NCBI RefSeq assembly: GCF_900149915.1
Contig: NZ_LT827011.1
Length of the DNA stretch: 32,000 bases
Direction: 5' to 3' (one strand)
Origin: Escherichia coli O127:H6
GTDB taxonomy: Bacteria; Pseudomonadota; Gammaproteobacteria; Enterobacterales; Enterobacteriaceae
Shown here: positions 1 through 8,668 of the stretch, one piece after another
Layout of the letters: every line of letters begins with the position of its first letter
Numbering within the stretch: position 1 is the first letter of the stretch
Program-made: the position numbers and the translations under genes
The notes under the pieces: model-generated
The model's database searches: none
What the model was told of the DNA's origin: nothing
What the model saw: only the letters and a program-made list of their open reading frames with translations

Positions 1-725
1 CCGTGCGTGTTGCGATACATCATAATAAGGATATGAGTAAAAATGTTAACGTAATAAGGTTCTCCCAAAGACCAACTTAATTCATTTTCCATATCCAGTA
101 ACAATGACTGGACAAATAACACCGCTTCTTCTCCAAAATAATGGACTAATGCTTTATAGCTTCCGGGATCCAGACGTGAATACACGACACCTTGCGTCTC
201 ATTATGGTTAATAATGCCGTTAATCAGTAATGCCATTGCCTGTCGGACTTGCCCTTCACTACCTTCAATATGCGTACCACTTGGACTGCGGATCAACGAT
301 AACCCCAACGGCGCAAGCCAGGACTCAATTACTCTCAGGTCATTAACAATAGAGGCTCCGCTGATAAAGTAGCGTTCTGACAATTTACTGATCGACGTTT
401 CATTCGGTGTTTCACTTAATAACTGCGACGCTATTTTAACGCGCCTGGCATTATTCATTACACCATCAATCTCTTCACATTCTGCCACCAACAAATGATC
501 AAGATGCAGCAAATCAGCAATATTCTCCGCGCTTAACATCACACCCGCGCCAGCACGCTTCTCAACATTTATTCTCCATTGTCCCAGCCATTGCTCAAGT
601 AAACGTAAATCACGTTGAATGGTTTTTTCCGAAACATTTAAATAGCCGGCAATCGTAACAATAGTCGTATATTCCCTTCGAGGTAAAAGGAATCGTAATA
701 ATCTGTTTTGTCGCGAGGTAATCAT
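1..725 (-). CDS. 5' (N-terminal) part of an HTH plus Mga-like/PRD-type PTS-associated transcriptional regulator (MtlR/LicR/BglG-like); gene continues beyond the left window edge
   Basis: Own translation of the minus strand from the ATG at 725 (alternative ATG at 731): MITSRQNRLLRFLLPRREYTTIVTIAGYLNVSEKTIQRDLRLLEQWL... This is a DeoR/HTH_11-like N-terminus. It is followed by a second Mga-like HTH region (SISKLSERYFISGASIVNDLRVIESWL) and the start of a PRD-like segment (YYVNIFTHILIMMYR). The frame stays open to position 1. It is absent from the ORF track because it is truncated. Confidence 0.6.
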   Translation of the reverse strand, partial: MITSRQNRLLRFLLPRREYTTIVTIAGYLNVSEKTIQRDLRLLEQWLGQWRINVEKRAGAGVMLSAENIADLLHLDHLLVAECEEIDGVMNNARRVKIASQLLSETPNETSISKLSERYFISGASIVNDLRVIESWLAPLGLSLIRSPSGTHIEGSEGQVRQAMALLINGIINHNETQGVVYSRLDPGSYKALVHYFGEEAVLFVQSLLLDMENELSWSLGEPYYVNIFTHILIMMYRNTH

Positions 726-980
726 TTGCATTTTTTACCCTTATCACAGATTAAGAAGCCCCATATGGAAGAGCTTCAGTTGCCATCTCTGAGGGTAAAT
801 ATAAAGCAGAATAATTTCACAACAATACTAAAATCTGTCCGTAATCCGGACAGTGATAAAACAAAGCAAGGCGGTTAAGGGATATTTTTCAGCACAGATC
901 ACATTTTCGTGATGAATAATCGTGATCATGCTCGCAAATACGATGGAAGAAATATTTATTACCAGATGTGAGATTATTTA

Positions 981-1011
981 CCGGATACGACACAAAACCA
1001 TTCGTATCCGG
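981..1011 (-). terminator. Possible yicI 3' hairpin (terminator or REP-like stem-loop)
   Basis: Perfect 10-bp inverted repeat ccggatacga (981-990) / tcgtatccgg (1002-1011) with an 11-nt loop, 15 nt downstream of the yicI stop on the minus strand. The trailing U-tract is weak (taaataatc). Confidence 0.35.
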
Positions 1012-1025
1012 CATTCTTCAATAGA

Positions 1026-3344
1026 TTACAACGTAATTGTCAGCGCATTCCCTTGAGGAGTCACCACCAGTCCCTGCTCACTTTCAGCCTGCGAACCGCC
1101 TTGCAGACCATTTACTTTCACAATATTGCGCAAGCACAGTGTCCAGTTCTTCGCCTCGCCCGTACCAGTCACAGTAATCGTGTTGCCAGTACGTGCTGCT
1201 TTTAAAGTAAAGATCACCGAACCGTCAGCACCGGGCACTTCACAGACGGCTTCATGCCCGTCTTGCAGATTAAAGAGGTGGAATGCCGTACCTTCGTGCC
1301 ACGCGTAATCGGGACGTTGATCGTTGTTGCCCAGCGCCAGTAGGGTGCTATCACGCACATAAACGGGCAGACTCAGGAAGCTGTGCTGCTGTTTATGCCA
1401 GCGACTACCGTCGAGTTCATCGTTGTGCCACAGGTGTGTCCAGCGACCTTCCGGCAGGTAGAACTGCACATCGCCCGCTTCAGTGAACACAGGCGCAACC
1501 ATCACGTTGTCGCCTAACATGTATTGACGGTCAAGGTAATCACAAGCCGGATCGTCCGGGAACTCCATCATCATGGCCCGCATCATCGGCGTACCCCGCG
1601 CGTTTGCACGTGCAGCTTCACGATACAGATACGGCATCATGCGGCATTTCAGTTGCGTGAAGAAGCGCACCACATCACAGGACTCATCATCGTAGGCCCA
1701 CGGCACACGATAAGATTTGCTGCCATGTAAACGGCTATGGCTGGAAAGCAAACCAAACGCGCACCAGCGTTTGTAAACGTGCGCCGGAGCGGTATTTTCA
1801 AAGCCGCCGATATCGTGGCTCCAGAAACCAAAACCTGAAAGGCCAATAGACAAACCACCGCGCAGGCTTTCCGCCATTGATTCGTAGTTAGCGTAACAGT
1901 CACCACCCCAGTGTACCGGGAATTTCTGCGCACCGACGGAGGCCGAGCGGGCAAACAAGACGGCTTCTTCCTCACCAACGGTGTCCTTGAGCACGTTCCA
2001 CACCAGTTCGTTGTAGATGTACGCATAATGGTTATGCATTTTCTGCGGCTCGGAACCATCAAACCATTGAACATCGGTTGGAATACGTTCGCCAAAGTCG
2101 GTCTTAAAGCAATCAACGCCCATCGCGACCAGACCTTTCAGTTTGTCGGCGTACCATTTGCAGGCATCCGGATTGGTAAAGTCATAAATCGCCAGACCTA
2201 GCTGCCATTTATCCCACTGCCATAACGAACCGTCCGGGCGTTTGAGTAAATAGCCTTTCTCTTGTAACTCTTTAAAGACAGGGGATTTTTGCCCGATATA
2301 GGGGTTAATCCAGACGCAGATTTTTAGCCCTTTCGCTTTCAGGCGGCGGATCATCCCTTCCGGGTCCGGGAAAGTCAGCGGGTCCCACTCAAAATCGCAC
2401 CACTGGAAGGCTTTCATCCAGAAACAGTCAAAGTGGAAAACATGCAGTGGCAGATTGCGTTCCGCCATACCATCGATAAAGCTGTTTACCGTCGCTTCGT
2501 CGTAGTTGGTGGTAAATGAAGTGGTTAGCCACAGGCCGAAGGACCACGCGGGCGGCAGCGCCGGACGACCAGTAAAACGGGTATAACGATCAAGTACCGC
2601 TTTCGGCGTCGGGCCGTCGATAACAAAGTATTCGAGATATTCACTCTCAACGCTGAACTGCACTTTGGAGACTTTCTCCGATCCCACTTCAAAAGAGACG
2701 CATTGAGGATGATTGACCAGTACCCCATAACCACGGTTAGTCATATAGAACGGAATATTTTTATACGCCTGTTCAGTACTTGTGCCGCCGTCCCGGTTCC
2801 AGGTCTCTACCGTCTGGCCATTGCGCACCAGGGCAGTAAAGCGCTCTCCCAGACCGTAAACTGTTTCGCCAACGCCAAGATCCAGCCGCTCAAACATATA
2901 ATTTCGTTGACTATTCGTGTCCTGCACGTAGCCATTATTTTTCACCTGACTACCGGTAATACGTTCGCCGTTGTGCAGAAAATCCAGTGACCAGAACTCA
3001 CCTTTGCTGACACGCGCGCTTAAGTTGCCACTTTTAAACTCAGCATAACGTTCTGTGTTTTCGATTGTGACCTTCACATCCTGCAAAATATTGAGCGGAT
3101 AATGAGGACCGTTATTCAGCGCCCCCTGAAAATGCTCAATCCGTACACCAACAATACCTTCCTGTGGGGAGAAAAAGCGCAGCGTAAATAAAGGTGTATC
3201 AAGCTGCCAGGTACGTTCACGCACATCACGGGGGGCAGCATAGACCACCATTTCATTACCCTGCTGTTCAACCTCGAACACCTGAAGCGGGTGAATCAAA
3301 TTGAGGCCAGGTTGAATCAACCAGTTTCCGTCGCTAATTTTCAT
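1026..3344 (-). CDS. yicI: Alpha-xylosidase, glycoside hydrolase family 31
   Basis: 772-aa ORF with an ATG start. The sequence [20 protein letters not shown]... and the GH31 catalytic region (KTDFGE, WGGDC) are recognised as E. coli YicI. The synteny yicI-yicJ-selC fits. Confidence 0.95.
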   Translation of the reverse strand: MKISDGNWLIQPGLNLIHPLQVFEVEQQGNEMVVYAAPRDVRERTWQLDTPLFTLRFFSPQEGIVGVRIEHFQGALNNGPHYPLNILQDVKVTIENTERYAEFKSGNLSARVSKGEFWSLDFLHNGERITGSQVKNNGYVQDTNSQRNYMFERLDLGVGETVYGLGERFTALVRNGQTVETWNRDGGTSTEQAYKNIPFYMTNRGYGVLVNHPQCVSFEVGSEKVSKVQFSVESEYLEYFVIDGPTPKAVLDRYTRFTGRPALPPAWSFGLWLTTSFTTNYDEATVNSFIDGMAERNLPLHVFHFDCFWMKAFQWCDFEWDPLTFPDPEGMIRRLKAKGLKICVWINPYIGQKSPVFKELQEKGYLLKRPDGSLWQWDKWQLGLAIYDFTNPDACKWYADKLKGLVAMGVDCFKTDFGERIPTDVQWFDGSEPQKMHNHYAYIYNELVWNVLKDTVGEEEAVLFARSASVGAQKFPVHWGGDCYANYESMAESLRGGLSIGLSGFGFWSHDIGGFENTAPAHVYKRWCAFGLLSSHSRLHGSKSYRVPWAYDDESCDVVRFFTQLKCRMMPYLYREAARANARGTPMMRAMMMEFPDDPACDYLDRQYMLGDNVMVAPVFTEAGDVQFYLPEGRWTHLWHNDELDGSRWHKQQHSFLSLPVYVRDSTLLALGNNDQRPDYAWHEGTAFHLFNLQDGHEAVCEVPGADGSVIFTLKAARTGNTITVTGTGEAKNWTLCLRNIVKVNGLQGGSQAESEQGLVVTPQGNALTITL

Positions 3345-3353
3345 TGCCGTTCC

Positions 3354-4736
3354 TTAGTTCTGCACTTCTTGAGAGGTGAATTGTTGCTGGCAACGGCGTT
3401 TGCCCTGAGCCAGCTGTTCCATAACGGTTTTCAGATTGTGCGTCGTGAGTGAGTAGTAGCGTTTAGCGATAATCGCGCTCAGCAAGTAACAGATCGCCGG
3501 AACAATCGTGAATAGCGCGATAATGATGCTAATTGTGACGCTGTTCTGCGCTTTTTCTGCCGCATCATATCCGCCATAAGCCAGCATCCAGCCGATAAGG
3601 GCACCACCGAAGGCCAACCCCAGTTTGAGCACAAACAGCGTGCCAGCAAAACTGATCCCGGTCAGGCGTTTACCATTGCACCACTCGCCGTAGTCGACGG
3701 TATCGGACATCATTACCCACTGGATAGGTGTCACCAGTTGATGCAACACACCAATCACGAAGATGAAGACAAACATGGTGATGCTGGCCTGCATAGGAAC
3801 AAAGAACATCGCGAGGCTAATCACTGCCAGCAGGGCGTTCGTCCACCAGAAGATAGTGACTTTACATTTCCAGTCGGTCAGCGGTTTCGCCAGTGCGGAA
3901 CCAATCAGGTTACCCACGCAATAAGTGGTGAGAAAAGCGACAAACACTTCCGGCGTACCCAAAATCCATGTGACGTAATACATCATCGCCCCACCGCGTA
4001 CGCACACCGCCAGGATATTGAAAATTGTCAGGAAACCGACAATACGCCACTGGTCGTTTTGCCAGATATCACGTAAATCATCCCGCATAGACGTCGTTGT
4101 AGGTGGTGCTTCAACGCGTTCTTTAGTGGTGAAGAAACAGAATGCCAGCATCATAAATGCCACCACGGAAAGGACCGCGATACCGCCCTGGAAACCGAGT
4201 GGTTTATTATCACCACCAATTAAATTAACCAGTGGCATCATCAGAACAGTAGAGAGCATGCCTCCCGCGGTCGCCAGCACAAAACGCCAGGATTGCAGCG
4301 AGATACGCTGAGTCGGGTCATTGGTGATTACACCACCCAATGCGCAGTAAGGGATATTGACGATGGTATAAAGTAAGGTAAGTAGGGTATAAGTAATTGC
4401 TGCATAAATCATTTTTCCGTTCATACTGAGATCTGGCGTGCTATAGGCCAGTACACAGACGATCCCGAATGGCAGTGCGCCAAACAGCACCCACGGCCGA
4501 AATTTACCCCAGCGAGAGCGCGTTCGATCGGCCAACAACCCCATGCAAGGATCGGAAATCGCATCCAGTGCACGAGCGACCAAAAACATGGTTCCGACAA
4601 ATCCGGCAGGAATGCCAAAAATATCGGTATAAAAGAACATCATATATAACATTACGTTATCGAAAATAATGTGGCTGGCGGCGTCTCCCATGCCATAACC
4701 AATTTTCTCTTTAACGGACAACACTTCACTCTTCAT
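3354..4736 (-). CDS. yicJ: GPH-family (glycoside-pentoside-hexuronide) cation symporter
   Basis: The ORF track gives 479 aa from 4793. The internal ATG at 4736 (MKSEVLSVKEKIGYGMGDAASH...) gives the 460-aa YicJ I recall and is preceded by AAGGAAAAG. The protein is polytopic and hydrophobic, and lies 9 nt upstream of yicI. Confidence 0.9.
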   Translation of the reverse strand: MKSEVLSVKEKIGYGMGDAASHIIFDNVMLYMMFFYTDIFGIPAGFVGTMFLVARALDAISDPCMGLLADRTRSRWGKFRPWVLFGALPFGIVCVLAYSTPDLSMNGKMIYAAITYTLLTLLYTIVNIPYCALGGVITNDPTQRISLQSWRFVLATAGGMLSTVLMMPLVNLIGGDNKPLGFQGGIAVLSVVAFMMLAFCFFTTKERVEAPPTTTSMRDDLRDIWQNDQWRIVGFLTIFNILAVCVRGGAMMYYVTWILGTPEVFVAFLTTYCVGNLIGSALAKPLTDWKCKVTIFWWTNALLAVISLAMFFVPMQASITMFVFIFVIGVLHQLVTPIQWVMMSDTVDYGEWCNGKRLTGISFAGTLFVLKLGLAFGGALIGWMLAYGGYDAAEKAQNSVTISIIIALFTIVPAICYLLSAIIAKRYYSLTTHNLKTVMEQLAQGKRRCQQQFTSQEVQN

Positions 4737-5028
4737 CTGCTTTTCCTTGATGCTATAGGGGTGCTGAGACCGATAACGCATTTTGTAAACCATCCCTGCG
4801 AGAGCGAATATTCCGATATCTGGTTATTAATTTATGATTCTTGTTTTATGTGATCGTGGTAGCGTTAATTTCGCTCATATATCATTGTAAAATATGAGTT
4901 TTATATGAACTATAATGTTTTCGTGATAATACGCTGCGTGTATTAGGCGGAAAAAACTGATCTGGGGGATGTAGAAACTCAAGGAAGTAGCTATAATGCG
5001 CCCCGCCTCCATGTAGCAATCGAGGCGC

Positions 5029-5123
5029 GGAAGATCGTCGTCTCCGGTGAGGCGGCTGGACTTCAAATCCAGTTGGGGCCGCCAGCGGTCCCGGGCAGGT
5101 TCGACTCCTGTGATCTTCCGCCA
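5029..5123 (+). tRNA. selC: tRNA-Sec (selenocysteine tRNA, anticodon UCA)
   Basis: The 95-nt sequence GGAAGATCGTCGTCTCCGGTGAGGCGGCTGGACTTCAAATCCAGTTGGGGCCGCCAGCGGTCCCGGGCAGGTTCGACTCCTGTGATCTTCCGCCA matches E. coli selC as I recall it. It has the long extra arm, the 8-bp acceptor stem, the TCA anticodon and an encoded CCA. Confidence 0.97.
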
Positions 5124-5304
5124 AAATGCCTCTCCTGAACTCTCCCGACGTTAACAAAACCCCTTCTAATCCCTTATATATCAGGCTTTCTTTGTGTCCA
5201 GAGATCAATCGACTCAACCTGTATCAAGTTGCTTTTGGGGATACTTTAGGGGGTATTATTTCCTCTTGAAATATTAGCCTCCCATAATAGGAAAAAGGTA
5301 ATAC

Positions 5305-5739
5305 ATAACAATGGTTTTTAACAGCATCTTTGTTATACAAGGGGGCATTGAGGATATCAGGAAAAATCTCAAAATCGGTGCGGACAGGAAACTACGTGGG
5401 CAGCAAAAACGTATGGTAACGCCGGGAAATGCAACGCCCACCAGTCGGGCTAATCCACCACTCCAATCGTGGTTCGCAGTACTACACACACGATTACCGG
5501 GCTATACAGGAGCGGTTTGGTCTGAAAACATCCATGCCGCGTAAAGGTAACCGTTACGACAACACCTCAATGAAAAACTTATAGTAAACGCTGAAGAATG
5601 AAACTATCGTTTTAATAACCGGGATGAAGCCATCTAAGTAATACGGAAATACATTGAGATTTTCTACAACCATCAGCGCCGCCACTCCCGTCTGGGGAAT
5701 ATCTCCCTAGTAGCCTTCAGGAAAAATATAACCAGATAA
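5305..5739 (+). pseudogene. Degenerate IS3-family transposase (OrfB, DDE integrase domain) relic with frameshifts and in-frame stops
   Basis: Own multi-frame translation: ...DRKLRGQQKRMVTP.. / ..REMQRPPVGLIHHSNRGSQYYTHDYRAIQERFGLKTSMPRKGNRYDNTSMKNL** / FNNRDEAI*VIRKYIEIFYNHQRRHSRLGNISPVAFRKNITR*. These match IS3-family OrfB hallmarks (HSDRGSQY, SMSRKGNCYDN, YIEIFYNxxRRHSxLGxxSP). The similarity is spread over three frames, with stops and D to N in the HSDRG motif. No terminal inverted repeats or OrfA were seen. Confidence 0.7.
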
Positions 5740-5910
5740 CTGCGTAAAAAAAGAACAAATGGTGGTGTCCGCTATTGCCAGTATACCTGAGTTTACTGCC
5801 TTTCAGATTATCACAATCAATAGCGAACAGACTTTTGAGCTCTGTGCGCTTTTAACAAAACGTCTCTTTCTCCACTTTCACCGTATAATAATACATTATT
5901 TATTACCCCT

Positions 5911-5978
5911 CCAATAAAAACCGATATTACTAATCACATTTATTACCACGCAATTTGATATCGGTTTTTATTAGTTGG
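5911..5978. repeat. Imperfect inverted repeat with a long spacer downstream of espF
   Basis: ccaataaaaaccgatat (5911-5927) pairs with atatcggtttttatt-a-gttgg (5958-5978). There are 15 contiguous complementary bp, then one extra base, and a 30-nt AT-rich spacer. Neither strand has a flanking T-tract. Confidence 0.5.
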
Positions 5979-6021
5979 AAAACAAATAATCAATACCGAT
6001 TAATCGTTTTAAATTAGTTGG

Positions 6022-6642
6022 TTACCCTTTCTTCGATTGCTCATAGGCAGCTAAATGATCTTTTAGTGCCTGTGCAAGGGGCGGTAGTCCACCAGGCCCG
6101 GATGCCTGTCCACTTGTCGGTGGCGGTGGTGCCTGACGGGTTGGCTTAAAGCTTACAGTCTCAGACGCTTTCGATAGTTCATAGGCAGCTAAATGATCTT
6201 TTAATGCCTGTGCAATGGGCGGTAAAGGTCGGGATGCCCCGGATGCCTGTCCACTTGTCGGTGGCGGCGGTGCCGGACGGGTTGGCTTAAAGTTTACAGT
6301 CTCAGACGCTTTCGATAGTTCATAGGCAGCTAAATGATCTTTTAATGCCTGTGCAATGGGCGGTAAAGGTCGGGATGCCCCGGATGCCTGTCCACTTGTC
6401 GGTGGCGGCGGTGCCGGACGAGAGGGAGTAAATGAAGTCACCTGGCTGCTCACATTAAAAATCGTCCTCGCATTAACATTCGACGAACCTGGAGAAAAGG
6501 GGGAATGAACTCTCACCGGAGTAAGACGAACAGCCTGAGGGGCTACAGAAAATCCAGTTCCCCCCGCAGAGCTCACTCGACTTGCGATACCTACAAGCTG
6601 CCGCCCTAGTGTAGAAGCAGCGTTACTAATTCCATTAAGCAT
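6022..6642 (-). CDS. espF: T3SS effector EspF (three proline-rich repeat modules)
   Basis: 206-aa ORF with an ATG start. N-terminus MLNGISNAASTLGRQLVGIASR (Leu16 present), then three modules containing RPAPPPP/RQAPPPP and LPPIAQALKDHLAAYE. It is the last gene of LEE4. Confidence 0.97.
   Translation of the reverse strand: MLNGISNAASTLGRQLVGIASRVSSAGGTGFSVAPQAVRLTPVRVHSPFSPGSSNVNARTIFNVSSQVTSFTPSRPAPPPPTSGQASGASRPLPPIAQALKDHLAAYELSKASETVNFKPTRPAPPPPTSGQASGASRPLPPIAQALKDHLAAYELSKASETVSFKPTRQAPPPPTSGQASGPGGLPPLAQALKDHLAAYEQSKKG
6042..6420 (-). repeat. Tandem coding repeat (138 + 141 + ~100 bp) encoding the EspF proline-rich repeats
   Basis: Repeat units start with cataggcagctaaatgatc at 6042, 6180 and 6321. 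Units 2 and 3 are identical by eye over about the first 100 nt. Unit 1 is 3 bp shorter and diverged (GPGGLPPLAQ versus GASRPLPPIAQ). Confidence 0.95.
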
Positions 6643-6726
6643 AATTTATGCCTCTTTATATCTAATCTTGGCTAACTCTCATATATATCAAAACGAATAA
6701 TAAAATGATTTTTAAATCAAAATAAA

Positions 6727-7005
6727 TTAAAATCCTCGTACCCAACCACTAACATTCTCATGGAACAAACTGTACAATAACTGACTCGACTCATCATCCA
6801 TACAGCCCTCCAAAGCCTTTATCGCATCATTTTTTCTATTTAATCCAAATAAGATAATAAATTCTAAATGTGCGATATCTTTTTTATCAGGTATAATTTG
6901 TGGGAATACATTCAGGATAGCTTCCGCATATTTGGGAAGCTTATGGTTTGCCGCAGCTACAGCCGCCCACACCAGTATCTTATTAGCAGAAATATCATTA
7001 ACCAT
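6727..7005 (-). CDS. escG: Orf29 / EscG, needle-protein (EscF) co-chaperone, YscG-like
   Basis: 92-aa ORF with an ATG start, lying between escF and espF as in LEE4. The identity is recalled from the LEE gene order. Confidence 0.85.
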   Translation of the reverse strand: MVNDISANKILVWAAVAAANHKLPKYAEAILNVFPQIIPDKKDIAHLEFIILFGLNRKNDAIKALEGCMDDESSQLLYSLFHENVSGWVRGF

Positions 7006-7010
7006 AAAAA

Positions 7011-7232
7011 TTAAAAACTACGGTTAGAAATGGTTGAGACCAGATCTTTTATCGTTTTCAACATTCCACTTTCTACGTTAACATAAGCAGAATATTGCTG
7101 AACCGCAAACTGCAACTCTAACATTTTTTCAGGGTCATTAACCAAATCGGTGCTATTAAGTAACTCTGGCACAGAATCGCTCAGCGTTTTACCTACTTCA
7201 CCCATTTGTTGAGTAATTTCAGATAAATTCAT
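7011..7232 (-). CDS. escF: T3SS needle subunit EscF
   Basis: 73-aa ORF MNLSEITQQMGEVGKTLSDS...TISNRSF. Its size and C-terminal helix fit the MxiH/PrgI/YscF family, and the sequence is recognised as EscF. Confidence 0.95.
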   Translation of the reverse strand: MNLSEITQQMGEVGKTLSDSVPELLNSTDLVNDPEKMLELQFAVQQYSAYVNVESGMLKTIKDLVSTISNRSF

Positions 7233-7268
7233 TAAATTTCCCTCAGAAGTTAATAAAATAATTTTTTT

Positions 7269-7676
7269 TTAACTATTTACGTTCATTACGAACCAAATTC
7301 CGTCTTCTGTTTCTTGCTGCACGGCACCCTTTCTGATGAAGTAATTAAACAACTCTTCGCGCTTTTGACGTTCTGAATCTGAACCAATCTTAGATTTCAT
7401 CGCACTGATTTTCTTAATACCCGAAAAGTGGTGATACAACTCTTCGAGCAAACGAGTCAGTGATAAAACAGGGCCGTTAAGCCCTGTTTGGTTACGTGCT
7501 TCAAAAGAGCACAAAATCAGTTCTTGTTCATCCAGTCTGTACGCTAATGAAAAAAAAGGTGTCTCAATCCGCCATCCGATAAAAAAGGCACTGCCACAAA
7601 GAAACTCCTTCTGTATTGTGTACCCTTTTTGTTCAAGATAGTAATTAAACACTTCATCATTAAACGTATCGACCAT
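7269..7676 (-). CDS. cesD2: CesD2, chaperone for the translocator EspD
   Basis: The ORF track begins at 7682, but that codon is TTG. The first ATG, at 7676 (MVDTFNDEVFNYY...), gives 135 aa, the size I recall. It starts 6 nt after the espB stop. Confidence 0.88.
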   Translation of the reverse strand: MVDTFNDEVFNYYLEQKGYTIQKEFLCGSAFFIGWRIETPFFSLAYRLDEQELILCSFEARNQTGLNGPVLSLTRLLEELYHHFSGIKKISAMKSKIGSDSERQKREELFNYFIRKGAVQQETEDGIWFVMNVNS

Positions 7677-7682
7677 GATCAA

Positions 7683-8648
7683 TTACCCAGCTAAGCGAGC
7701 CGCTTGCCCCATGCGATTAATAAGGTCAGTAAGATCACGGGCTGTCGTTGTCATATCACGTAGACGGCTAGAGATATCATCCTGCGCTCTGCGAACATCC
7801 TGTTTGTAGGTATCTAAATTCGACGCCTGAAGATTTTCTACAGATTTAGCACGCTGCTCATTGATATCATGATTGGACTTGACAGATTCAGATATCGTTG
7901 TTGGCAATGTTTTCGTACCTTCAGCAAGGCTGGTAACAACAATAAATGGCGTTGAACCGGAAATCCTTCCGGCAGCAGCAGTAAAGCGACTTAATAATCC
8001 TGCCTTCTGTGCTAATTCTTGAGCAGCATCAGCAGCCTCTTCAGCTACCTGAGAAGCTTTCTGAGCCGAAGTAGCAACATCATCAGTGATACCGGATGTA
8101 CGACTGGCCGCTTTTGCAGCTGTCGCGATAGTTTGCTGCATTGCGCCAGCTGCATCATCTGCTGCATCTGCAATACCTTCGGAAGCCTTCGCCAGTGCTT
8201 TAGTTGAAGCTTCAGAGACTGTACCGATAGACTTCGCAGAAGTAGAAGCGGCTTGCTGAGCGACATCACTCGCGCCTTTAGTTGCGCTATTAATGGCAGC
8301 AAAAGAGCCTAAAATCCCCAGGACAGATGAGATAGCACCACCAATCAGAGCGGCTGTCGCACCGGCTTTTTTCTCATCAATAGCTTTATTTTGGCTCTCA
8401 AAAACGGCTTTTTGGATGTCATAGCTTTGCGCCAATTGCTTCTGAAGATAATCTTGCAATGTGGTGACCATCTCACGCAACAGTTTTTGAACCTCCAGCA
8501 GAAGTTTAGAAATATCCACTCTGCCATCAGTAAGTAAAGATGAACTGATTGACGAAGTTGATGTAGTTGTTGAACTGGTGCTGTCAGTCGTGCTGCTCAA
8601 AACAGAATTAACTGCGATTGCCGCATTGTTATTATCGATAGTATTCAT
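7683..8648 (-). CDS. espB: T3SS translocon/effector protein EspB
   Basis: 321-aa ORF MNTIDNNNAAIAVNSVLSSTTDSTSSTTTS... with a central hydrophobic segment (ALIGGAISSVLGILGSFAAI). Recognised as EspB, with the LEE4 order espA-espD-espB. Confidence 0.96.
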   Translation of the reverse strand: MNTIDNNNAAIAVNSVLSSTTDSTSSTTTSTSSISSSLLTDGRVDISKLLLEVQKLLREMVTTLQDYLQKQLAQSYDIQKAVFESQNKAIDEKKAGATAALIGGAISSVLGILGSFAAINSATKGASDVAQQAASTSAKSIGTVSEASTKALAKASEGIADAADDAAGAMQQTIATAAKAASRTSGITDDVATSAQKASQVAEEAADAAQELAQKAGLLSRFTAAAGRISGSTPFIVVTSLAEGTKTLPTTISESVKSNHDINEQRAKSVENLQASNLDTYKQDVRRAQDDISSRLRDMTTTARDLTDLINRMGQAARLAG

Positions 8649-8668
8649 AATAAACGCCTCTTTAATAA

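Noticed and set aside
1126-2990. Multiple 60-155 aa ORFs on both strands within yicI (for example 1649-2116(-) and 1911-2201(+))
   Set aside because: They are alternative-frame or antisense ORFs nested in the 772-aa GH31 gene, and their Arg/Cys/His-rich composition is typical of out-of-frame translation.
3354-4793. 479-aa extended yicJ ORF starting MVYKMRYRSQ
   Set aside because: The internal ATG at 4736, with an AAGGA-type RBS, gives the 460-aa YicJ I recall. The extension is probably 5' UTR read in frame.
4875-5544. Track ORFs 4875-5066(-), 4882-5217(-), 5274-5489(-) and 5311-5544(+) around selC
   Set aside because: The first two run antisense through the tRNA-Sec gene and its flanks. The latter two are frame fragments or antisense readings of the decayed IS3 transposase. 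None is a credible gene.
6042-6420. Regular 138-141 bp repeats that might suggest a CRISPR-like or satellite array
   Set aside because: The units are contiguous with no spacers, lie fully in frame inside espF and encode its proline-rich modules. No cas genes are present.
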